Source of the DNA: Patescibacteria group bacterium
Lineage (GTDB): Bacteria > Patescibacteriota > Minisyncoccia > Phycocordibacterales > Phycocordibacteraceae
NCBI GenBank assembly: GCA_004322365.1
Contig: SCTS01000002.1
Location: 12,993 to 76,992, forward strand
Reading direction: 5' to 3'
Length of the DNA: 64,000 nt
Below, in pieces: positions 57,691-64,000 of this stretch. Within the stretch, counting starts at the first letter, position 1; each line of letters starts with the position of its first letter. Both the position numbers and the translations under genes were made by a program. Under the pieces are notes generated by a model that worked only from the letters and a program-made list of their open reading frames with translations, was not told the DNA's origin and did not search any database.

Positions 57691-58128
57691 TCAAGCAAGC
57701 AAACGAGCCTTGCCGGCTCGTTTGCTTGGTGCTCTGTTTCTTCTCCCATTTCCTTTGTTAAGAGCCGCGTACGTAGGACTCAATGAATCACAATTCGGAC
57801 AAATCAGTCGTAAATTTGATTCTCTATTGCTTTGCCAATTCCCGTCAATATGATCCGCCACCAGAGGCACACGTCCTGTTTTGGAATTCACTTCTGCCCA
57901 TCCGCACAAGCAACACTTATTACCAAATTTCCTTCGTAAGTATTTTTTAATCGCATTACTGACTATACCTGTACTTCGTAAACCAGTTCGTTTTCCTCGT
58001 TTCCAATTCTCGATATATACCCGATATTCATGCTCGCCTTGACACACATTACTGCAGTACTTGTAACCGGCACGATCCGGCTCTGCGCCACAAGCTAGGC
58101 ATGGAGTTCTGGGCTTCTTAGGATTCAC
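57691..58128 (-). CDS. HNH endonuclease with N-terminal Zn-binding motif
   Basis: CLAC...YCSNVCQ; CCLCGW...DHIDGN...N...NLRLICPNCDS. Confidence 0.9.
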   Translation of the reverse strand: MNPKKPRTPCLACGAEPDRAGYKYCSNVCQGEHEYRVYIENWKRGKRTGLRSTGIVSNAIKKYLRRKFGNKCCLCGWAEVNSKTGRVPLVADHIDGNWQSNRESNLRLICPNCDSLSPTYAALNKGNGRRNRAPSKRAGKARLLA

Positions 58129-58232
58129 TAAGCCATTTTAACTCAATATGCGACCTAAAATAATTTAATTACTGGTCGTATGTTGATAAATCTTGAGCCA
58201 ATGATCCCGCTCCCAATGTTACTATTACACCC

Positions 58233-59807
58233 GTGATTGAAGTTGCTATCTTTTTTGCAAACGCAGCGATTCTCGCACTTGAAATAGTTGGTGGTAGATC
58301 TCTTACTCCTTACTTTGGTTCTTCCGCAGAAGTGTGGGCTGGCATTCTTGCTGTTGTTCTTGCTGGCCTTGCAATAGGATATCGGGCTGGCGGAATATTT
58401 GCTGATCGTGCAAAAGACGAACAACGCCTCCGCACACTACTAGCAATAACACTCGGAGGTGCGGGTATAGCAATTGCCACAACATGGATGGTAGCTGATG
58501 CATTTGCAATTGTTGGCACCGCACTAGCACAAAGCGCAGGTCTTACTGTGGGTGCTGCGACAGTTGCACTCTTCCTTTTATTCCCAGCAAGTATTCTTCT
58601 TGCGGCAGTCTCCCCTATTGCAGCAAAAATTCGTATCCGTTCTCTTGCAGACTCTGCGAGTGTCGTCGGACGTTTGTCCGCCATCGCGGCAATCGGAAGT
58701 GTCGCTGGGTCACTCATCACTGGCATTGTTCTCATTCCAAATGTGGGCTCAAAGGAATCAATTATTGGTATTGGAATCAGTCTCATCGTTCTTGCGATTC
58801 TTCTCAGCACCAAAGGGAAGAGAGTGACTATGACTACTCTCTTTGTTTTCTTTATAGGTGCATTAATAAGTACACACCTAGTCTTCGCTTCAAGTGCCGC
58901 CGGAGCAGTAGTGGGGACACTCGTTGCCGATATCGACACTCGTTACAATCGTATGTGGATTATTGATGCACCCCACAGAGAGGGCGACACATACCTCCGC
59001 GTAGTGCGTACCGACCCAAATAGCACACAGTGCGGAGCACTCATGAAAGGCAATGCTCCAACAGACGCAGATGAAACTCCTATTTTCCAGTACACAAAAG
59101 CATTTGATGCTGTGTTTCGTGCAATACCAGAACCAGAACACATACTCATCATTGGTGGGTGTAACTATTCATACCCCCGACACACAGCGCGTATCGCACC
59201 AAAGGCCACCATTGATGTTGTGGAACTTGATCCAGGGATGACGGCAATGGCAGAGCGTTGGTTTGGTTTTGTTCGTCCACCTACCATGAACATCTTTCAT
59301 GCAGATGGACGCACATTTCTGAATGAGGCGGGCGATGGGAAAAAACAATACGACATTGTTTTTATAGACGCCTATAATTCGATCCTTTCAATTCCCTATC
59401 AGCTTATGACACAAGAAGCATTCGAGAAATTACGCCATTCACTTGCTCCAGGGGGAATCGTAGTCTTCAATATTATCGGCACCTTTGAAGGCAAGGGTAG
59501 TCCATACCTTGGAAGTGTATTGGCAACCTTGCGTACAAGCTTCACGCATGTGGAAGTATTCCGCATCAAAGATGTACCACTTAGTACTACACAAAATATT
59601 ATCGTCATGGCGAGCGCCGATGAGATGGGTCGCGAATTACTGACACACGCAATCGGAGAAAGTGGAGTACCGACTCTCACCCAATACCCGGTAACACTGC
59701 GACGAATGCCTAATGAAAAAATTAATTCTGGCGGGGCACTTGTTCTCACCGACAACTACGCCCCCGTTGAAGCACTGACAAAACCACTTCGAGAGCGACG
59801 TTACTAA
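58233..59807 (+). CDS. Fused membrane domain / spermidine synthase-like methyltransferase
   Basis: LEIVGGR.L.PYFGSS..VW; ILIIGG, VVELDP, ADGRTFL, YDIVFIDAY, LTDNYAPVE. Confidence 0.88.
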   Translation: MIEVAIFFANAAILALEIVGGRSLTPYFGSSAEVWAGILAVVLAGLAIGYRAGGIFADRAKDEQRLRTLLAITLGGAGIAIATTWMVADAFAIVGTALAQSAGLTVGAATVALFLLFPASILLAAVSPIAAKIRIRSLADSASVVGRLSAIAAIGSVAGSLITGIVLIPNVGSKESIIGIGISLIVLAILLSTKGKRVTMTTLFVFFIGALISTHLVFASSAAGAVVGTLVADIDTRYNRMWIIDAPHREGDTYLRVVRTDPNSTQCGALMKGNAPTDADETPIFQYTKAFDAVFRAIPEPEHILIIGGCNYSYPRHTARIAPKATIDVVELDPGMTAMAERWFGFVRPPTMNIFHADGRTFLNEAGDGKKQYDIVFIDAYNSILSIPYQLMTQEAFEKLRHSLAPGGIVVFNIIGTFEGKGSPYLGSVLATLRTSFTHVEVFRIKDVPLSTTQNIIVMASADEMGRELLTHAIGESGVPTLTQYPVTLRRMPNEKINSGGALVLTDNYAPVEALTKPLRERRY

Positions 59808-59828
59808 AATCAGCGGGAGTTCGACTAT

Positions 59829-60824
59829 TTAACGACCTGCAATAAAGGTCGCATCAAATGCCCACGCCGTTGCACGGTCAATCTCTTCTTGAGTAAGAAT
59901 ATTTTCTTTGAGCAAAAAAGCTTCTTCGTCGGCTAAGTTGGACTGATACATTTCTGGTCCATCAGTATTAATGGTGAACTTCACCCCACTATCAACAAAT
60001 GTACGGAGAGTGGAGCGCAATTCATCGACACTTTTAATAATGCTATTTTTCAAATTTGATGTTGGACAAATTTCAAGTGTTATTCCAGATTCACGCACAA
60101 GCTCCATGAGCGATGGATCTTGTGCTGCTAATACGCCGTGCCCGATTCTCTGTGGCTTTATTGTAGTTACTACATAGCGCATTTCATCAATGGAACCTTC
60201 TTCTCCTGTATGAATAGTGACACCTAAGCCTGCGTCGCGCGCACGGGAAAATAAAGGAGCATGTGCCTCCATAGAAAAATCTGTTACATGAGGACCGGCA
60301 ATATCAATACCAACAACGCCGTCCTTAGCGTAGCGAATTGCTTTGTTCAAAATAATCTCATTTTGTTCAAACGAAAAACGACGATCCATCGAAAGAAGAA
60401 TACCCGCTTTAACTTGAGGGTACTCTAGAAGTGCACGATCCATCCCCCGGAGTCCTGCACTAATGATGTGATCGAGATCTCGCTCACCAGAGCGGTTACG
60501 ACGCATAGGATTAAAGCGAAGCTCTTGCAACACAATATTGCACTTTCTATATCCCCCACCAATGACTGAGTGCACTGACACCTCAAGAGCTTCTGGTGAT
60601 GATTGAATTCTCTCTGTCCACTCAAAGTATTTACGGTCCATTTCTTCGAGCGAAGTGTTTCGCTCGTCCGCAGACATAGTGATCATCGCTTCAAAATCCC
60701 AATAGTCTTTAGAAGGGAGTTTTATTCCTTGCTGATGAGCAATTGTCCACATAATGACGGGATCCACGGATGAGCCGAGGTGCGAGTGGAGTTCCGCTCG
60801 TTTTTTCATCATGCGGTGCGTCAT
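59829..60824 (-). CDS. add: Adenosine deaminase family protein
   Basis: AELHSHLGSS, ELRFNP, GIDIAG, TIHTGE, RIGHG, LEICPTSN, INTDGP. Confidence 0.9.
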   Translation of the reverse strand: MTHRMMKKRAELHSHLGSSVDPVIMWTIAHQQGIKLPSKDYWDFEAMITMSADERNTSLEEMDRKYFEWTERIQSSPEALEVSVHSVIGGGYRKCNIVLQELRFNPMRRNRSGERDLDHIISAGLRGMDRALLEYPQVKAGILLSMDRRFSFEQNEIILNKAIRYAKDGVVGIDIAGPHVTDFSMEAHAPLFSRARDAGLGVTIHTGEEGSIDEMRYVVTTIKPQRIGHGVLAAQDPSLMELVRESGITLEICPTSNLKNSIIKSVDELRSTLRTFVDSGVKFTINTDGPEMYQSNLADEEAFLLKENILTQEEIDRATAWAFDATFIAGR

Positions 60825-60887
60825 ATAGAGATATACGAACCTTGTTCGTATCGTATTTTTATACTATCACAAAGCACTTAAAATTCT

Positions 60888-61029
60888 GAGCCGATGGTCG
60901 GAATTGGCGTCAAGTCACTAAGCTCGAAGACTCACTAAGTGCTTCCTGCCCGACCTCGCCTGCCGTACACGGCATGGCTCCGGTTTTCAATTCCGAACAT
61001 ACGCAAAGCAGTTTGCGTATTCCATTCGC
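60888..61029. repeat. tRNA-Thr 3'-end duplication module
   Basis: 19-bp direct copy gagccgatggtcggaattg (60888-60906 = 61032-61050); inverted copy ttcaattccga-[atacgcaaa/tttgcgtat hairpin]-ccattcgct. Confidence 0.85.
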
Positions 61030-61105
61030 TGGAGCCGATGGTCGGAATTGAACCGACGACCCCGTCCTTACCATGGACGTGCTCTACCAACTGAGCTACA
61101 TCGGC
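61030..61105 (-). tRNA. tRNA-Thr(GGT)
   Basis: gccgatgtagctcagttggtagagcacgtccat-GGT-aaggacggggtcgtcggttcaattccgaccatcggctcca. Confidence 0.95.
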
Positions 61106-61223
61106 GAGTGAGGGAGAAAATAAAGAACTTGTTCTTATTTTTCCCGAACGAAGCCGATGAAAGCTTTGCTTACAGTGGCGAAATTCTTCTTAGAACTTTG
61201 CGAGAAGCTTAGCTTACATCGAC
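61106..61223. repeat. tRNA-Thr 5'-end duplication module
   Basis: Hairpin 61112-61145, inverted copy gccgatgaaagct (61153-61165), direct copy agcttacatcgac (61211-61223). Confidence 0.65.
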
Positions 61224-61305
61224 CCCCTTATTGTATTTGAACTGCAGGTAGAAAGTACCATAGAAACAAGGCAAATTCACCTTTTGAGAATGCTAAAATA
61301 CTCCT

Positions 61306-61851
61306 GTGCTCAAACATTACCCCCGCTTCACTACTATTGCTCTTTCCTATGTTGCCGCAGGATTATTATTCTTTTTTCTCGGGCCGTCATTTTTTCAAAC
61401 ACTCATACTGCCATTTGGCATCTTTGGGGTCATCGTCGCCGGAGCTCTTTACACATACAGCTTCACTACAGCCATCGGTGCCTTACTCTTAATCGCACTC
61501 ATTCCCTATCATCCGATAGGAGTCATGGCAGTCGTCGGTGGCATCGGTGCCACTCTTGCCGATTTCACTATTTTCAAATTCGTCCGTGATGATTTAAAAA
61601 AAGAAGTACGACGTTTTGGTGCATCAAAGATGATACAAAATGTATGCTCAGCCAACGGTATTCTGTGTAAAAAATGGATGCGTAACTTGCTTGGTACTCT
61701 CATTATGGCTTCTCCATTTCCTGACGAACTCGGCATTGCAATGATGAGTACTACAAAAATGAAACGGGAGACATTCCTCCTTCTTGCATTTATTGTAGAT
61801 GTAGTTGGTATCTACCTTTTATTGTTCACTGCGAATGCACTATTGCCGTAG
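61306..61851 (+). CDS. Membrane protein, DedA/SNARE-associated-like
   Basis: Several TMs; AGALYTYSFT, GATLADFTIF, ASPFPDELG. Confidence 0.7.
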   Translation: MLKHYPRFTTIALSYVAAGLLFFFLGPSFFQTLILPFGIFGVIVAGALYTYSFTTAIGALLLIALIPYHPIGVMAVVGGIGATLADFTIFKFVRDDLKKEVRRFGASKMIQNVCSANGILCKKWMRNLLGTLIMASPFPDELGIAMMSTTKMKRETFLLLAFIVDVVGIYLLLFTANALLP

Positions 61852-61859
61852 AAGATGGA

Positions 61860-62028
61860 GCTGATGGGTTTGATCACAAATATTTCCTCGCCGTCGCTCG
61901 GAAATTTCGCGACCTCCTCTCGGTACGATTTTCTAATCGCCAGCTCGCCTGTTTTGGTTACTACCAAAACATGGCTCCGCTTGTCAGCATCCAACGCAGG
62001 CAAAACTATTTGCCTGCTTCAGCCACGC
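61860..62028. repeat. tRNA-Asp 3'-end duplication module
   Basis: Direct copy gctgatgggt (61860-61869); inverted copy gtcagcatcca-[gcaggcaaa/tttgcctgc hairpin]-tcagcc (61983-62024). Confidence 0.75.
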
Positions 62029-62030
62029 AA

Positions 62031-62059
62031 GCAAAAATCCCCTTTCGGGGATTTTTTTG
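62031..62059 (-). terminator. Terminator-like hairpin immediately downstream of tRNA-Asp
   Basis: aaaaatcccc-tttc-ggggattttttt. Confidence 0.7.
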
Positions 62060-62131
62060 CGCGGCTGATGGGTGCTGACCCCACGACCTCCCGCGTGACA
62101 GGCGGGTGCTCTACCGTTGAGCTACAGCCGC
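62060..62131 (-). tRNA. tRNA-Asp(GTC)
   Basis: gcggctgtagctcaacggtagagcacccgcct-GTC-acgcgggaggtcgtggggtcagcacccatcagccgcg; no encoded CCA. Confidence 0.9.
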
Positions 62132-62272
62132 AAACGAGGAGGAGAATAAGACGCTTGCGTATATTCTCTCCGAGTGCCGTGACTGTATGCTTACATACAG
62201 CCGCAAATGAAGAGATAGTAAGCGTTTGCGATTACTATCTCTGGCTACCAACTATATGTACTCATACAGCCG
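62123..62272. repeat. About 70-bp tandem units, each starting with the tRNA-Asp 5' end
   Basis: tacagccg(c) at 62123, 62196 and 62265; the first two are each followed by a hairpin. Confidence 0.8.
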
Positions 62273-62324
62273 TAGTAGAGAAGAATACTTCAAAATAAGG
62301 CTCTTTTCAATGCCCTGCTTCGCT

Positions 62325-62399
62325 TGGTGCCGGTGGGTGGAGTCGCGCCACCGTCTAGGGTTTATGAGTCCCTCGTTCTGACTCTTGAACTACACCGGC
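62325..62399 (-). tRNA. tRNA with CAT anticodon (elongator Met or Ile2)
   Basis: gccggtgtagttcaagagtcagaacgagggact-CAT-aaaccctagacggtggcgcgactccacccaccggcacca; atypical D and T loops. Confidence 0.8.
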
Positions 62400-63079
62400 T
62401 TTACTACTACCTCGAACGCCCTCTGGATAAGGCCGAGAATACGATACTTACTGTCGGTTCCCTTGAGTACCCGGAGAGCTAGTACACCATAATACATATT
62501 CCTGTTTTCGTAAATTTTTTTGTTCCTGGGAAGAAAAATTACTTTAGTGAATTGTGACTTTGGGAGATTAAGAGTTTTTGACCAATATGCTAACAAAAGC
62601 CTTTCCCTGTCACGGTGAGTGTCACTTATAAAAATTTGGGGCCTGAAATTACCCCTCGAAATACCGAGAAATTCTTCAAACCACCGCATTGCAATAAGAA
62701 TGATGCGATAGTCTGAATTAGTTATTCCCATCGGGCTTTTGTCAGCTTTGACACCCTCACCCCAATACAATCCTAAACCAAGAAAAAATAATTCTTTGGG
62801 AGTCAGCAAATGCATATTTTTATGAGCATCTCCGTTCCAATATTCAATGCGCCTTAATCTCTTTTCTTTATTCACCAAAGCCCCTTTTAAACGACCAGTA
62901 TGCCCAGCCAATACCATCTTCCTAAAAAGACGTTTACGTTGTGCCTCTGTCAGAGCAATATCCCTAACCCAAAAACTCACTGTACTTTTTGGGACTTGCA
63001 GTTTTACACTTATATCTTTCACGCTTTCCCCTTGCCGACGAAGGGCTATCGCCGAAATTTTCTTTGCAGAGTTAGCCAT
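62390..63079 (-). CDS. HTH plus LAGLIDADG-like ('LYWGEG') protein; 3' end overlaps the tRNA
   Basis: N-terminal HTH (LRRQGES..DI...L.VPKSTVS.W), GLGLYWGEG, TNSD, YWS..L; stop codon lies inside the tRNA 5' end. Confidence 0.7.
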   Translation of the reverse strand: MANSAKKISAIALRRQGESVKDISVKLQVPKSTVSFWVRDIALTEAQRKRLFRKMVLAGHTGRLKGALVNKEKRLRRIEYWNGDAHKNMHLLTPKELFFLGLGLYWGEGVKADKSPMGITNSDYRIILIAMRWFEEFLGISRGNFRPQIFISDTHRDRERLLLAYWSKTLNLPKSQFTKVIFLPRNKKIYENRNMYYGVLALRVLKGTDSKYRILGLIQRAFEVVVKPV

Positions 63080-63145
63080 AGACTTATACCAACATTATAA
63101 CGGCGGTACAATTCACTCTATCCACAAGACTACTTCGTGCAACTT

Positions 63146-63826
63146 TCAACTCTTCCTCAAAAGTGTTTCTGCTACCGCAACATCTTCAGGGTAGGTCACA
63201 GTAATCCATTGATTCTGACGAACAACGGCCACAGGCTTTTCTTTTGCGATTACTGAAAGCATGTCGGTTAAGAAATACTCACCAAGTCGTGGGTGAGGAA
63301 ACGGAGTGATTGAAAACATATCAGGAGAAAGTATCATTGCGCCAGAATTGACCAGATTACCGACAGGATTTTCTGGCTTCTCAATTACCTCTTTCAGGGT
63401 GCCATCTTGATTCAATGCAACAACACCATAGCGTTCTGGATGCTCTTTCTCTGCCACAAAAAGACAGTATTCATATTCAGTGCCTTTTGTGAAAGCCTGC
63501 TTGTCTCCAATATCATCACCATAGAGCATGATGAATTTTTCGTTGATGAGCTCTTTTGCCAAATATACTGCATTCCAAGTTCCAATTTGTTTTTCTTGAA
63601 CAATATAATGAACAGACCTCCCTCTCCATTCACTGCCAAAATACTCCTGTATTTTTTCTCCCTTGTACCCAATGATGATAATGATATCCGTCACTGCATC
63701 AGGGAGTTGCTCTAGTACATATTCCAACAACGGCTTCCCATTAAGAAGCACCATGCCTTTAGGCTTGTCATCTGTGAGTGGACGAAGGCGTTGCCCCTCT
63801 CCACCTGCGAGTATTAATGCTTGCAT
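63146..63826 (-). CDS. Sugar-phosphate nucleotidyltransferase (GlmU/RmlA N-terminal-like)
   Basis: ILAGGEGQRLRPLT..KPK, YGDD, EKP, EYFLTD. Confidence 0.88.
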   Translation of the reverse strand: MQALILAGGEGQRLRPLTDDKPKGMVLLNGKPLLEYVLEQLPDAVTDIIIIIGYKGEKIQEYFGSEWRGRSVHYIVQEKQIGTWNAVYLAKELINEKFIMLYGDDIGDKQAFTKGTEYEYCLFVAEKEHPERYGVVALNQDGTLKEVIEKPENPVGNLVNSGAMILSPDMFSITPFPHPRLGEYFLTDMLSVIAKEKPVAVVRQNQWITVTYPEDVAVAETLLRKS

Positions 63827-63860
63827 TACCCTACGATAATAACCCAAAAAACTAAATCAT

Positions 63861-63994
63861 GTTGCGGGGCCAGGATTCTCTCCCTACAGGAGCTGTACAC
63901 CTTTGCTATTTTCTCAAAGCAAAGCTTCTCAAAAATATAACAAAGGACTTCGAATCCTGACGCGAGACGACCGCTCGTCTCGCTGCCCTCGCAA
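63861..63994. repeat. Initiator-tRNA-like 3'-end duplication module (parent tRNA presumably beyond the window)
   Basis: gttgcggggccaggattc (63861-63878), then inverted copy ttcgaatcctg-[gcgagacga/tcgtctcgc hairpin]-gccctcgcaa. Confidence 0.7.
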
Positions 63995-64000
63995 AAGCTA

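Noticed and set aside
57368-57694. 108-aa ORF spanning tRNA-Thr
   Set aside because: The N-terminal extension is translated tRNA; the real DUF1653 start is at 57589.
58195-58206. gagccaatgatc as another tRNA-Thr 3'-end copy bounding an island
   Set aside because: Only 10 of 12 matches and no accompanying inverted copy; compatible with chance.
60888-61050. Prophage or genomic island attL/attR
   Set aside because: Only about 125 bp between the direct repeats and no integrase; reported instead as a tRNA-end module.
62123-62272. Mini CRISPR array (about 70-bp period)
   Set aside because: The conserved part is only 8-12 bp, derives from the tRNA end, and the intervening segments are related hairpins rather than unique spacers.
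61855-62298. 147-aa plus-strand ORF
   Set aside because: Runs antisense through tRNA-Asp and its repeat modules; no protein features.
1-64000. Alternative genetic code (UGA recoding)
   Set aside because: Conserved genes are full length under code 11 and several end in TGA within ATGA overlaps.

Overview
64-kb bacterial chromosome segment, genetic code 11, mostly minus-strand genes. Gene style (N-terminally short PrfB, CBS-less IMPDH, PaaX/Cas2-like and 'YWGEG' proteins, lamin-tail protein, pilin) suggests Patescibacteria/CPR (Parcubacteria-like); this is inference. 1-713 is a partial murB. 1.1-37.5 kb is a large surface-glycan locus: O-antigen-ligase/TPR protein, GT-C, GtrA, Wzx, many GT4/GT2 enzymes, four SAM methyltransferases, gmd, manC, ugd, rmlA/B/D, a 2,6-dideoxy/C-methyl (mycarose-like) sugar pathway and two YvcK paralogs. 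37.5-49 kb is accessory: a lamin-tail protein, a degenerate VirD4-like ATPase, a PaaX/Cas2-like gene, a secreted lipase plus membrane partner punctuated by three copies of a 42-bp palindrome, and small cassette-like genes between long palindromes. 49-57.3 kb is housekeeping (guaB, purN, SAM-I riboswitch-metK, pilin, pyrG, ftsEX, prfB). 57.3-64 kb holds four tRNAs with HNH and LAGLIDADG-like genes; a fifth tRNA (Gln) lies at 48.2 kb. The most unusual signals are non-coding: (i) tRNAs bracketed by inverted and direct copies of their own ends with inserted hairpins, with the same architecture at three different tRNAs; (ii) tiny TIR/TSD elements, one carrying only a GIY-YIG nuclease, that insert into ATGA start/stop junctions and leave the genes intact; (iii) the 42-bp palindrome series around the PaaX/Cas2-like gene. 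All calls come from reading motifs by eye; no database searches were run.
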